From Candidatus Limnocylindrales bacterium (lineage in GTDB: Bacteria; Chloroflexota; Limnocylindria; Limnocylindrales; CSP1-4): a DNA stretch of 64,000 nucleotides. Made by a program: the position numbers and the translations under genes. The DNA lies in NCBI GenBank assembly GCA_046707905.1, contig JBKKDM010000183.1, forward strand, positions 12,653 through 76,652, read 5' to 3'. The notes under the pieces are model-generated. The model was not told the DNA's origin, made no database searches, and saw only the letters and a program-made list of their open reading frames with translations. Each line of letters starts with the position of its first letter. Within the stretch, counting starts at the first letter, position 1. Of the stretch, positions 45,392-54,866 are shown in pieces.

Positions 45392-46939
45392 GTGCCACGT
45401 CCCCAGGGTGGCCGCCAAGCCCCGGAGGACATCGTGGACGCATCGATCGCCCGGCGCGCCGTCGTGGCCGCCCTCATCGCCGGCCTCGCCGCGGAGCTCC
45501 TCTTCGACGGCGTGGCGCTCGGGATCAACGTGCCGATCGCCACGATCGGGACGCTCGTCCTGGTCACGCTGCTCGGCAAGGGCCGACCGGCCGATCCACT
45601 CGACTGGTGGCTGCCCGGCGTCGCGGTCGCGGCCTCGCTCGGGCCGGCGTTCCGGACCGACCCGACGGTGGTGATGCTGGATCTGTGGCTCGTCGCGATC
45701 GCCGTCGCCTCGTGGAGCTTCGCCGTCGGCGGCGTCGCGGTGAGCCGGCGGGCCGCGCGGGTCGTCGCGGTCATGGGCGTGCAGGCGGGGATCGCGGTGA
45801 TGACCGGATTCGCGTGGCTGCTGACGCGGGTCGGTGCCGATGGCGCGTTCGCCCGGGGCACGCGGCAGCTCGGGCGGGCGGCTCCGATCGTGCGCGGCGC
45901 GGTCATCGCGATCCCGATCCTGTGCGGTTTCGCGCTCCTCCTGGGCTCCGCCGACGCGGTGTTCGGGCAGGCGCTCGACCAAGCCCTCCGCTTTCCGGAC
46001 TTCGACGACATCTTCTCGCGGTCGGCCTTCACGCTCGTGGCCGCGGTCCTGATCGCAGGCCCGATCGTCATCGCGGTCGGTGCCCGGGGCCTGCTGGACG
46101 TCGTCGAGGACCCGCTGCCAGCCGCAGCAGCCGGCTCCGAGCCCGGTCCCGCCCGGCATCGATCCGGCGCCACCGAGGCCGTCGTCGTCCTCGTCGCGGT
46201 GGATGCGCTCTTCGCGGCCTTCGCGGCCGTGCAGGTCGTGTACCTCTTCGGCGGCGCGGACACGCTCGCCACGATCGGCATGACCTACAGCGACTATGCC
46301 CGGCAGGGCTACTTCCAGCTCGTCGGCGTGGTGGCGCTGGCAGGACTCCTCCTCATCGGCGCGCACGAGATCGCCGGCCGCCGGCGAGACCTGCTGCTCG
46401 CCGGGCTCGGGCTGCTCCTGCTGACCGGGGTGATCCTCGCCTCCGCCGCGCTCCGGCTCCGGCTCTACCAGGACGCCTACGGCTGGACCGAGCTGCGGTT
46501 CTACGTTGCCGCATCGATCGCCTGGCTGGCGGCCGCCGCGAGCCTTGCGGTCGCGCTGCTCGCCGCGAACCGGATGCGCTGGCTCGCGCACGGGCTCGCG
46601 GCCAGCGCGGTGGCGATCACCCTCGCCGTGTCGGTCATCGGGCCACAGCAGTTCGTCATCGAGCAGAACATCGCCCGGACCCTGGACGCGTCGCTGGTCC
46701 CCGAAGCCGGCTCGACGGGCTTCGACGTCGCCTACGGGCTGACGCTCGGAGAGGACACCATCGCGCCGCTCGCCGCCGTCCTCGACCGGCTGCCGCCTGC
46801 CGAGCGCCAGGAGACCCTGCGGGAGCTGCGGGCGTGGAAGCGCGCCTTCGAGCTCGACGAGCGGGCCAGGAGCCCGCTCGCCTGGAACGTGACGCGGGAG
46901 CGGGCCCGGCAGGCACTGGCGAACCTGCCCCCGAGCTAG
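45392..46939 (+). CDS. Polytopic membrane protein of unknown function (DUF4153/DUF4173-like)
   Basis: 515-aa ORF. Many TM segments followed by a C-terminal soluble tail (EQNIARTLDASLVPEAGSTGFDVAYGLTLGEDTIAPL). The family assignment is from memory and tentative. Confidence 0.6.
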   Translation: MPRPQGGRQAPEDIVDASIARRAVVAALIAGLAAELLFDGVALGINVPIATIGTLVLVTLLGKGRPADPLDWWLPGVAVAASLGPAFRTDPTVVMLDLWLVAIAVASWSFAVGGVAVSRRAARVVAVMGVQAGIAVMTGFAWLLTRVGADGAFARGTRQLGRAAPIVRGAVIAIPILCGFALLLGSADAVFGQALDQALRFPDFDDIFSRSAFTLVAAVLIAGPIVIAVGARGLLDVVEDPLPAAAAGSEPGPARHRSGATEAVVVLVAVDALFAAFAAVQVVYLFGGADTLATIGMTYSDYARQGYFQLVGVVALAGLLLIGAHEIAGRRRDLLLAGLGLLLLTGVILASAALRLRLYQDAYGWTELRFYVAASIAWLAAAASLAVALLAANRMRWLAHGLAASAVAITLAVSVIGPQQFVIEQNIARTLDASLVPEAGSTGFDVAYGLTLGEDTIAPLAAVLDRLPPAERQETLRELRAWKRAFELDERARSPLAWNVTRERARQALANLPPS

Positions 46940-46943
46940 GCCC

Positions 46944-46966
46944 GGGCGGGGGCCCGCACCCCGCCC
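46944..46966 (+). terminator. GC-rich stem-loop after the membrane-protein gene (weak terminator candidate, no U-tract)
   Basis: gggcgggg-gcccgca-ccccgccc forms an 8-bp stem 5 nt after the TAG at 46937-46939. Confidence 0.3.
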
Positions 46967-47023
46967 GCCGCAGAAGCGTGCGCCGGCACCGACATCGGGT
47001 CCCGTTCGGGCACACTCTCGGCC

Positions 47024-48202
47024 GTGAACGTGGTGTTCCTGTCGCCGCACTTCCCGCCGAACCACTGGCTCTACGCGCGGCGCCTCCGGGAGGCCGGCGC
47101 GACCGTGCTCGGGATCGCGGATGCGGCGCACGACGCCCTCCGACCGGAGCTCCGCGAGGATCTCATCGAGTATTACCGCGTCGACGACCTCCACTCCATC
47201 GACCAGCTCCGCGCGGCCCTCCGCCATCTCATCGATCGACATGGTCCGATCGACCGCCTCGAGTCCCTGAACGAGTACTGGCTCGAGACCGACGCCCACC
47301 TCCGGAGCGAGTTCGACATCGCCGGCCTGCGGGTCGAGGACATGGATCGGATCAAGCGGAAGTCGGCCATGAAGGCCGTCTTCCACGAGGCGGGGATCCC
47401 GGTCGCGCGCGGCCAGATCCTGCGGCCCGATGGCGCGCCCGACGCGCGGCGCTTCGTCCAGGAGGTCGGCTATCCGTTCATCGCCAAGCCCGACGTGGGT
47501 GTCGGCGCCGCGCGGACATACGTCATCGGGAACGACGCGGACCTCGATGGCTTCCTCGGCGTCCGGCCGCCGATCGACTACATCCTCGAGGAATACCTGG
47601 AGGGGCAGCTGCTGAGCTTCGACGGCCTCGTGGATCGCGACGGCAAGGTCGTCTACGCCTCATCGCTGGTCTACGGGGTCCCGGTCCTGGACTCCGTTCG
47701 GGGGACGGACATGCACTTCTGGATCGACCGCCACATCGCGCCGGACCTCGAGGCGGTCGGGCGGCGAATCCTCGCCGCCTACGACCTGCGCGAGCGGCCC
47801 TTCCACTTCGAGTTCTTCCGGATGCCGGACGGCACGCTCGTCGCGCTCGAGGTCAACATGCGCCAGCCCGGCGGCGCGGTCGTCGACATGTGGAACTGGG
47901 CCGGTGACATCGACTTCTTCCGGGCCTGGGCCGAGGTCGTGGTCAACGGCACGACGAAGGTCTCCTCCACGAAGCCGAACTACATCCTGTGGTCGGGCCG
48001 CAAGCCGGGCCGCCCATACCGGCTCTCGCACGACGAGGTTGCCAGCCGCTACGAGGGACTGCTGATCCACGTCGAGCGCGTCGACGACGTCTTCGCCACC
48101 GCCATGGGCAGCTTCGGCTACATCCTCCGGGGCCCATCGCTCGAGGTGCTCCTCGACGCCTCGGCCGAGATCCTGGCCCTGGCCCCGGCGATGGCGGGCT
48201 GA
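47024..48202 (+). CDS. ATP-grasp domain protein (carboxylate-amine ligase type), substrate unknown
   Basis: 392-aa ORF. K..MKAVFHEAGIPVARG, YPFIAKPDVGVGA, LEEYLEG and ALEVNMRQPGG fit the ATP-grasp fold motifs. Confidence 0.8.
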   Translation: MNVVFLSPHFPPNHWLYARRLREAGATVLGIADAAHDALRPELREDLIEYYRVDDLHSIDQLRAALRHLIDRHGPIDRLESLNEYWLETDAHLRSEFDIAGLRVEDMDRIKRKSAMKAVFHEAGIPVARGQILRPDGAPDARRFVQEVGYPFIAKPDVGVGAARTYVIGNDADLDGFLGVRPPIDYILEEYLEGQLLSFDGLVDRDGKVVYASSLVYGVPVLDSVRGTDMHFWIDRHIAPDLEAVGRRILAAYDLRERPFHFEFFRMPDGTLVALEVNMRQPGGAVVDMWNWAGDIDFFRAWAEVVVNGTTKVSSTKPNYILWSGRKPGRPYRLSHDEVASRYEGLLIHVERVDDVFATAMGSFGYILRGPSLEVLLDASAEILALAPAMAG

Positions 48203-48204
48203 CC

Positions 48205-48939
48205 GTGCAAACCGAGGAGCGAACCTGGTTCAGCACGGCCCTCGGCCACGATATGACGCTCAAGGTCTACGGCCACGACGGACGCCCCGTCGTCGCCTTC
48301 CCGTCGCAGGACGGCCGGTGGTGGGACTTCGAAGGCTGGGGGATGATCGAGGCCTGCGCCGGGCTGATCGAGGCTGGCCGGGCCCGGTTCATCGCCGTCG
48401 ACGGGATCGACTGGCAGTCGTGGACGAACCAGGCGATCGCGCCGCCCGACCGGGCGCGTCGCCACGACGCCTACGACCGTTACCTCGCCGACGAGGTGGT
48501 CCCGTTCTTCCGTGAGCTGACCGGCTGGGAGCGTGGCTGGGCGACCGGCGCGAGCATGGGCGGCTATCACGCCGCCAACCTGGTCTTCCGGCATCCGGAC
48601 CAGTTCGACGGGCTGGTCGCGCTGTCCGGGCTGTACCAGCTCGGCCTGTTCGTCGGCGACGACGCCAGCGAGGAGGTGTACTTCCACAGCCCGCTGCGGT
48701 ACCTCCCGAGCCTCGAGGACCCGTGGTACCTGGCCCGCCTTCGGGAAGCCCGCCTGGCGTTCGTCTGCGGCAGGGGAGCCTACGAAGAGCCGATGCTGGA
48801 GGACACGCGGGCGATCCGCGCCGTGCTCGCCGCAAAGGGCATCCCGGCGATCGTGGACGAGTGGGGCGACGACGTGAACCACGATTGGCCCTGGTGGCGG
48901 AAGATGCTGCCGCTCTACCTCGAGCGGCTCGGGGTCTAG
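48205..48939 (+). CDS. Esterase-family alpha/beta hydrolase
   Basis: The GTG at 48205 lies 2 nt after the ATP-grasp stop. GASMGGYHA (GxSxG nucleophile elbow) and HDWPWW near the C-terminus. Confidence 0.75.
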   Translation: MQTEERTWFSTALGHDMTLKVYGHDGRPVVAFPSQDGRWWDFEGWGMIEACAGLIEAGRARFIAVDGIDWQSWTNQAIAPPDRARRHDAYDRYLADEVVPFFRELTGWERGWATGASMGGYHAANLVFRHPDQFDGLVALSGLYQLGLFVGDDASEEVYFHSPLRYLPSLEDPWYLARLREARLAFVCGRGAYEEPMLEDTRAIRAVLAAKGIPAIVDEWGDDVNHDWPWWRKMLPLYLERLGV

Positions 48940-48947
48940 CGAGCGTC

Positions 48948-49376
48948 GTGCGCAGCGCCGAGCGCTCGATCGCGATCCGGCGACCGGTCGACCAGGTGTT
49001 CCGGTTCCTCTCGGACGGGCGGACCGCGACGCAGTGGCGCGCCAGCGTGATCGACGTCTCGAAAGCCTCCGGCGACGGTGTCGGCGCCGTCTACCGGCAG
49101 GTGGTTCGCGGGCCGGGCGGCCGCCCGGTCGATGCCGACTACGAGATCACGGCTCTCCAGCCCGACCGTCGGATCGCCTTCCGGACGATCGCCGGGCCGA
49201 TCCGCCCCGTGGGCGAGTTCGCGTTGGAGCCGATGGGCGAGGCCACGATTCTCACCTTCGTGCTCTACGTGGCTCTCCCCTGGTGGCAGCGGCTGCTGTT
49301 GGGCGGCATCGTCCAGGCGACGCTGGACGCCGAGATGCGGGCCCTGGACGAGCTCCAGGAGCTGCTCGAGCGGTAG
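48948..49376 (+). CDS. SRPBCC-superfamily (polyketide cyclase/START-like) small protein
   Basis: Starts at GTG 48948. VRSAERSIAIRRPVDQVFRFLSDGRTATQWRASV... is the typical SRPBCC N-terminal pattern. 142 aa. Confidence 0.7.
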   Translation: MRSAERSIAIRRPVDQVFRFLSDGRTATQWRASVIDVSKASGDGVGAVYRQVVRGPGGRPVDADYEITALQPDRRIAFRTIAGPIRPVGEFALEPMGEATILTFVLYVALPWWQRLLLGGIVQATLDAEMRALDELQELLER

Positions 49377-49403
49377 GCCGGGGCGGTCGGGTCCACCCTC
49401 GCA

Positions 49404-50480
49404 TCAGTGGCAGACGTCCTGGGCGTCATCGGTGAAGCCGCCACCTGGCACCGCGACGAAGCGCGACGACCAGCTCCCCGCCTGCAACGTCAGCTCGATG
49501 ACCCCCGCCACGCCGGAGACCCGGGCCCGGCTCGTCGGCAGGATCTCGTCGAACTCGTAGAACTCGCGCCCGCCGGTGCCGACCACGAAGGAGGTGATCC
49601 CCCTGTCCGGCGCGAGATTGCCGGCCGCGTCCATCGGTGCGAATCGCTCGTACGAATGGTCGTGCCCCGTCAGGACCAGCTCGACTCCGGCGTTGAACAG
49701 GGTGTCCCAGATGTCGTCCATCGAGTCGTTGTTGCCGTGCTCGCCCGAGCTGTACCGGGGGTGGTGCCAGTAGGCGAGCGAGCAGCGGCTCGGGTTCGCG
49801 GCGAGGTCGGCGCTGAGCCATGCAAGCTCGGCGGAGCCGGCGCCACAGCCGCCGATCTCCCCGCACATGCTGTTGAGCGAGTAGATCCGCCAGGCGCCGC
49901 GGTCGTAGGCGTAGTAGCCGCGACCGGCCGGTCCGGCGCGATCCCCGAAGTAGCTGAAGTAGCCCGCGGCCCCGGCCGTGTGATAGTCGTGATTGCCCGG
50001 CGCCGGACGTGTCCGACCCTTGAACCGGCCCCACGTCGGCTCGTAGCAGTCGTTGAACTCAGACGGCTTGCCGTCCTCGTAAGCGTTGTCGCCGAGCGTG
50101 AAGACCGTGCCCGGGATGGCCGCGACGAGCTCCGCCGTCTGGCTGTCAATGGTGGAGCTGCAGTCGGCGATGTCCCCGGCACCGACGAGGGTCACGGAGC
50201 GCGGCACGGGGGTCGGCACGGGGGTCGGCGATCCGGCCGGGACGGGGCTGGCGCTGGCAGGCGCCGCCGCGGATCCGGAGCTGGTGGGCGCCGGCGATCC
50301 AGGCATGGTGGGCCCGCCGGTCGCGGCTGGCCTAGCGGACGCCTGCGCCGTTGCCACCGATGTTCCCGGAGCCGGCCGGAGCACCGCGATCGCGAGCGCC
50401 ACGACGGCGATTGCGGCGATCGCGGCGATCGCGAGCAACACGCCCCGGCTGCCGATGCGGTTCCGGGGGCCCTCGCGCAT
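49404..50480 (-). CDS. Secreted/membrane-anchored calcineurin-like metallophosphoesterase
   Basis: The ATG at 50480 has GGAGG upstream. TM/signal segment VLLAIAAIAAIAVVALAIAVL. Metallophosphoesterase motifs GAGDIAD, LGDNAYEDG, GNHDY, WHHP and GHDHSYER. Confidence 0.8.
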   Translation of the reverse strand: MREGPRNRIGSRGVLLAIAAIAAIAVVALAIAVLRPAPGTSVATAQASARPAATGGPTMPGSPAPTSSGSAAAPASASPVPAGSPTPVPTPVPRSVTLVGAGDIADCSSTIDSQTAELVAAIPGTVFTLGDNAYEDGKPSEFNDCYEPTWGRFKGRTRPAPGNHDYHTAGAAGYFSYFGDRAGPAGRGYYAYDRGAWRIYSLNSMCGEIGGCGAGSAELAWLSADLAANPSRCSLAYWHHPRYSSGEHGNNDSMDDIWDTLFNAGVELVLTGHDHSYERFAPMDAAGNLAPDRGITSFVVGTGGREFYEFDEILPTSRARVSGVAGVIELTLQAGSWSSRFVAVPGGGFTDDAQDVCH

Positions 50481-50618
50481 CCGTCCTCCGCTTCCGTCGA
50501 GTTCGTGTCCCAAGCTCAGGGTAGCCGCGGACCCCGTCCCCGGGCCCTGGTCCGGGTCGCGGCTCCCAGCCGCCGTCCTCTCAGAGAAATCTCAGGCCGC
50601 CACGCTTTCCTGCCTGCC

Positions 50619-51132
50619 ATGGACGACCAGCGCACCGCCGACCGCAACCCCACCGACGCCCCCGACAACGCCGGCGTCGAGCCGGCTCCTCCTCCCCGGC
50701 TCGACGTTTCGGCTCCACCGGCCTTCGATCTCGAACGCGACCCGTTGGCGCCCGCAGCCCCCGTGGCACGCCCTCGTCGCGCTCGCGGGCTCGGCGCGCT
50801 TCTCGCCGTGAGCGTCCTGTCCGCGACCCTCGCCTCGACCGGGACCGCCGCCGTCCTGGTGACCACCCAGCTGGCCAGTGCGCCGGCCTCGAGCGCCTCC
50901 AACGGCCAGGCCGTCAACACCGGATCCGCGGGCGCGGTCGACGGCGACATCACGGACGTCGTCGCAGCGGCACGTGAATCGGTCGTCACCATCACCGCCG
51001 ACGGGGTTACGCCGAGCCGCTTCTCGCCCTTCCAGGGCCGACTACGACATCGAGCGGCCGACGTCGTTCCTGGTCCTCTCGATCGAAGACAACGGGATCA
51101 TGGAGTTCCAGCTCCACTTCCGGAAGGGCTGA
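50619..51132 (+). pseudogene. Remnant of a membrane-anchored HtrA/DegP-like protease gene: N-terminal anchor and pre-protease segment joined out of frame to an unrelated-looking 32-codon tail
   Basis: Frame of 49407..51734 from ATG 50619: MDDQRT...LGALLAVSVLSATLASTGTAAVLV...ITDVVAAARESVVTITADG..SPFQG, which looks like the N-terminus of an S1C protease. No catalytic domain follows. Third-position GC bias switches to the +1 frame at about 51037, giving ADYDIERPTSFLVLSIEDNGIMEFQLHFRKG-stop (end of ORF 50878..51132). Confidence 0.45.
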
Positions 51133-51167
51133 CCTCGGCGTCGGCCCGCCCCACCTATGCTGCCCCC

Positions 51168-51734
51168 GTGGATGTGAAGCTCCATGCGTTTCCCTCTCGG
51201 GATCGCGAGTTCCTGGACTTCGCCCAGGCGGCATTCAACGTGATGGCGGAGCCGCGAACGATCGAGGGGCTGCAGCGGGCGCTGCGCGTGCGCTATCCGG
51301 CGGCCGTGGTCACGGAGCAGGCCGAGCTCGCCCGGCATGGCGACGGCCCCATCGTCTGGTACGCCTTCCGAACGGCCGCGATCGGCGTTCCGCCCATCGG
51401 CACGGACGAGACCGAGAAGGAAGCCTGGGCGATCATCGATGGGGACCGGCGCTTCATCGAGGTCAGCCCGGCCCTCGCCAGGATCGTCGAGCTGCCGGCG
51501 CGCCGGATGCTCGGCCACCGGATCGAGGAGTTCAGCAACCCCGCCGACCCCACCGTCCGGGACGATATCGCCCGCCTCTGGGCCGAGTTCCGCGAGGGTG
51601 GCGCGATCGCCTCCACTGTCCGCTTCAACTTCGCCGACGGCCGGCCCCGCGAGCTCGGCTACCACCTGACTGCCGACGACGACGGCCCGGGCCGCCACCG
51701 ACTCGTGGTGCGGGTGCTGCCACTCTCGAAGTAG
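51168..51734 (+). CDS. Hypothetical protein with a C-terminal PAS-like domain (188 aa)
   Basis: Starts at GTG 51168 (or 51174). VDVKLHAFPSRDREFLDF...WAIIDGDRRFIEVSPALARIVELPARRMLGHRIEEF...TVRFNFADGRPRELGY. Good third-position bias from about 51168 onwards. Confidence 0.55.
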   Translation: MDVKLHAFPSRDREFLDFAQAAFNVMAEPRTIEGLQRALRVRYPAAVVTEQAELARHGDGPIVWYAFRTAAIGVPPIGTDETEKEAWAIIDGDRRFIEVSPALARIVELPARRMLGHRIEEFSNPADPTVRDDIARLWAEFREGGAIASTVRFNFADGRPRELGYHLTADDDGPGRHRLVVRVLPLSK

Positions 51735-51773
51735 GCTCGCGGCGGCGCTGCCCGTTGCTAGGATCGCCGCTCG

Positions 51774-53447
51774 ATGGATGACCGGTTCGATGTCGTGATC
51801 GTGGGCGGTGGCTCGGCCGGCTGCGTGCTCGCGAACCGCCTGTCGGAGGACCCGGGCACCCGCGTCCTCGTGCTCGAAGCAGGCCGGCCGGACTGGCGGT
51901 TCGACGTCTTCCTCCACATGCCGGCGGCGCTGACGTTCCCCATCGGCAGCCCGATCTACGACTGGGCCTACCGCTCCGAGCCCGAGCCGTTCATGCACGG
52001 CCGGCGGGTCTACCACGCCCGAGGCAAGGGCCTCGGCGGCTCGTCCTCGATCAACGGGATGATCTTCCAGCGAGGCAACGCCCTCGACTACGAGCGTTGG
52101 GCCACGGTCCCGGGCATGGCGAGCTGGGACTACGCCCACTGCCTGCCGTACTTCCGGAAGATGGAGACAGCCCTCGCGGCGACGGCCGACGATCCATATC
52201 GAGGCAAGGACGGCCCGCTGGTGCTGGAGCGCGGTCCGGCGACGAGCCCGCTGTTCGGGGCGTTCTTCGAGGCGGTCCAGCAGGCCGGCTACGCGCTGAC
52301 CGACGACGTCAACGGCTATCGCCAGGAGGGCTTCGCGCCGTTCGACCGGAACATCCATCGGGGGCGCCGCCATTCCGCGGCGACCGCGTACCTCGCGCCG
52401 GTCCGCCGGCGCCGCAACCTCGAGGTCCGGACGTCGGCGTTCGTCACGGAGATCACCTTCGAGGGGCCGCGGGCCACGGGCGTCGAGTACCGGACGGGCG
52501 GTGGCCACCATCGGGTGTCGGCAGGCGAGGTGATCCTCGCCGGCGGGGCCATCAACACGCCGCAGCTCCTGCAGCTGTCCGGGGTGGGGGACCGCGAGCA
52601 CCTGCGCGGCCTCGGGATCGACGTCGTCCAGCACCTGCCCGGCGTCGGGCAGAACCTCCAGGACCACCTCGAGGTCTACGTCCAGCACGGCTGCAGCGAA
52701 GCCGTCTCGATGCAGCCACACGCGACGGAGAAGTGGCGCCGGCCCTTCATCGGGGCGGCCTGGCTGTTCCTCCGGCGCGGACCCGGGGCCACCAACCACT
52801 TCGAGGCCGGGGGGTTCGCGCGGGGCGACGAGGACGTCGACTACCCGAACCTGATGTTCCACTTCCTGCCGCTGGCCATCCGCTACGACGGATCGGCGCC
52901 CGCGGGCGGGCACGGCTACCAGGTCCACGTCGGCCCGATGTACTCGGACGCGCGAGGCACGGTCCTGATCCGCTCGGCGGATCCGCGCCGGCACCCCGAG
53001 CTGGTCTTCAACTACCTCTCGACGGCCCAGGACCGGCGCGAGTGGGTGGAGGCGGTCACGGTCGCACGCAGGATCCTCGGCCAGGCGGCCTTCCAGCGCT
53101 ACGACGAGGGCGAGCTCTCACCCGGCCCGGCGGTCGAGACCGACGAGCAGATCCTCGAATGGGTCGGGCACGAGGGTGAGACCGCCCTCCATCCATCATG
53201 CACCGCGCGCATGGGCAGCGACATCGACGCCGGCGCCGTGGTCGATCCCGCGACGATGCAGGTGCATGGCCTCGAAGGCCTCCGCATCGTCGATGCGTCC
53301 GTGTTTCCGTTCGTCACGAACGCGAACATCTATGCCCCCGTGATGATGGTCGCCGAGCGTGCCGCGGACCTGATCCGCGGCGACACCCCGCTCCCGCCGG
53401 AGCACGTGCCGTTCTACCGGCACCGCGCCCCGGCAACGATCGCCTAG
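51774..53447 (+). CDS. betA: GMC-family flavoprotein oxidoreductase, choline-dehydrogenase-like
   Basis: 557-aa [75 protein letters not shown] closely follows the BetA N-terminal pattern as recalled from memory. The C-terminal HPSCTARMG active-site region is present. No betB or betI is adjacent. Confidence 0.8.
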   Translation: MDDRFDVVIVGGGSAGCVLANRLSEDPGTRVLVLEAGRPDWRFDVFLHMPAALTFPIGSPIYDWAYRSEPEPFMHGRRVYHARGKGLGGSSSINGMIFQRGNALDYERWATVPGMASWDYAHCLPYFRKMETALAATADDPYRGKDGPLVLERGPATSPLFGAFFEAVQQAGYALTDDVNGYRQEGFAPFDRNIHRGRRHSAATAYLAPVRRRRNLEVRTSAFVTEITFEGPRATGVEYRTGGGHHRVSAGEVILAGGAINTPQLLQLSGVGDREHLRGLGIDVVQHLPGVGQNLQDHLEVYVQHGCSEAVSMQPHATEKWRRPFIGAAWLFLRRGPGATNHFEAGGFARGDEDVDYPNLMFHFLPLAIRYDGSAPAGGHGYQVHVGPMYSDARGTVLIRSADPRRHPELVFNYLSTAQDRREWVEAVTVARRILGQAAFQRYDEGELSPGPAVETDEQILEWVGHEGETALHPSCTARMGSDIDAGAVVDPATMQVHGLEGLRIVDASVFPFVTNANIYAPVMMVAERAADLIRGDTPLPPEHVPFYRHRAPATIA

Positions 53448-53770
53448 GCGCCCTTGCGCTTTCGGCCGCCCCGGCCACCGGGGATCGGGCCGCGCGACAG
53501 GTAGATCGCGCCGTTGCGGACGCCGAGGTTCACGGCGCTGCCGGAGGCCTTGATCTGGCGGGCGATCGCGGCCCGAATCGTGACCAGCTTCTCGCTGTCC
53601 TCGAGCTCGATCCGCTTGATCATCGAGGCGCCACTGGCGCCCAGCTCGTTGAGCACCTTCTCGATCGTCTGCTCACGTCGTTTGATTGCAAGCTGGCGCG
53701 GGCTGAGCGCACGGGCCTTGCGTGGCTTGGGTGCAAGCTCTTCGGGCTTGGCGTCGCGAACCTTGACCAT
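53444..53770 (-). CDS. Small basic hypothetical protein (108 aa)
   Basis: The ATG at 53770 is preceded by GAGGAGG. Translation: [108 protein letters not shown]. The 3' end overlaps the betA-like stop by 4 nt (convergent). Confidence 0.55.
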   Translation of the reverse strand: MVKVRDAKPEELAPKPRKARALSPRQLAIKRREQTIEKVLNELGASGASMIKRIELEDSEKLVTIRAAIARQIKASGSAVNLGVRNGAIYLSRGPIPGGRGGRKRKGA

Positions 53771-53824
53771 GGGGGCCTCCTCGATAGATGGAACCGTGCG
53801 CGAGATCGTGACGAACGGGTCCGT

Positions 53825-53853
53825 ATCGTAACGATCCGGCCGTCGCAATTCAA
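53825..53853 (-). promoter_or_regulatory. Sigma-70-like promoter candidate for the small basic protein gene
   Basis: The minus strand reads TTGAAT-17 nt-TACGAT (53853-53848 and 53830-53825), about 55 nt upstream of the ATG at 53770. Confidence 0.35.
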
Positions 53854-53904
53854 AACTCGCGTGTGAACCGCTCACGCCCGGGGCGTTGCGCTGACGGAGC
53901 GCCC

Positions 53905-54828
53905 TTAGCCGATGATCTGGCGGAGCGCGAAGATGACGTTCGCCGGTCGCTCGGCGAGCCGTCGCATGTACCACGGATACCAGGCGTGGCCGTAGGAGAT
54001 CAGGGCTCGAACGATGTAGCCCTCGCTGACCAGCCGGCGTTGCTGGTCGACCCGGATCCCATACAGCATTTGGACCTCGAAGCTCGACTTCGGAAGGCCC
54101 ATCGCCGCCGCCCGCTCGGCGATCTCTTCGATCAGCTTGACGTCATGGGTCCCGAGTCCGAGCCGCACGTCACCGCCCTCGCGGCGGCCGTCGAGCAGCG
54201 CGACCGCCAGCTCGACGTAGCTGCGGTTGACGTCATCGTGCGACTGGAAGGCGATCGACTCGGGCTCCGAGTAGGCGCCCTTCACGAGCCGGATCCGGGG
54301 CTCCAGGGGCAGGAGTCGTCGGATGTCATCGGCCGTCCGGCGAAGGTACGACTGGAGGCACAGCCCGGTGTTCGGGTGGGTCGCCTTGAGGCGCTCGTAG
54401 AACGAGATCGTGCCCTCGGCGTAGGCGCTGCCCTCCATGTCGATCCAGAAGGTCCGGCCGCCCTCCGCGGCCTTGGCCGCGAGGCGTTGGGCCCGTTCGA
54501 GCGTCCGTTCGACATCGATGTCGTAGCCGAGCTGGGTGAGCTTCACGCTGACCTCGCCGTCGAGCCCCCGGGCCTCGATGTCGGCCATCAGGCCGACGTA
54601 GTGGCTGGCGGTGTCCTCGCACTCGAGGAGGGTCTCGACGTTCTCGCCGAGCCGGGTGAACTCCGACCGGATCCCGTCGGCCTGGAACTTCGCCGCCGCG
54701 TCGAGCGCACTCTCAGGGGTCTCGCCCGGCATGAACCGCCGCACCGCGCGCTTCGCGAACCACAGCTTCGGAAGGTTGGTGCGCAGGAACTGGTTCCGCG
54801 CCATCCAGAGCAGCAGCCCACGCATCAC
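53905..54828 (-). CDS. Proline dehydrogenase (monofunctional PRODH)
   Basis: 307-aa [33 protein letters not shown] and the [12 protein letters not shown]-terminus are PRODH barrel motifs. Confidence 0.85.
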   Translation of the reverse strand: MMRGLLLWMARNQFLRTNLPKLWFAKRAVRRFMPGETPESALDAAAKFQADGIRSEFTRLGENVETLLECEDTASHYVGLMADIEARGLDGEVSVKLTQLGYDIDVERTLERAQRLAAKAAEGGRTFWIDMEGSAYAEGTISFYERLKATHPNTGLCLQSYLRRTADDIRRLLPLEPRIRLVKGAYSEPESIAFQSHDDVNRSYVELAVALLDGRREGGDVRLGLGTHDVKLIEEIAERAAAMGLPKSSFEVQMLYGIRVDQQRRLVSEGYIVRALISYGHAWYPWYMRRLAERPANVIFALRQIIG

Positions 54829-54866
54829 GTGCAGCCTACAGCCACGCCCGCCGCCATACTTGCGGG

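Noticed and set aside
45212-47907. Overlapping 724-aa (minus) and 873-aa (plus) ORFs across the membrane-protein and ATP-grasp genes
   Set aside because: Their Arg/Pro/Gly-rich translations have no domain signatures. The alternative frames give a coherent polytopic membrane protein and an ATP-grasp enzyme with proper third-position bias.
49407-50618. N-terminal 400 codons of the 775-aa plus-strand ORF 49407..51734
   Set aside because: This part is antisense to a well-supported metallophosphoesterase gene with all five family motifs. Only the portion after 50619 shows coding character, and even that is interrupted (see findings).
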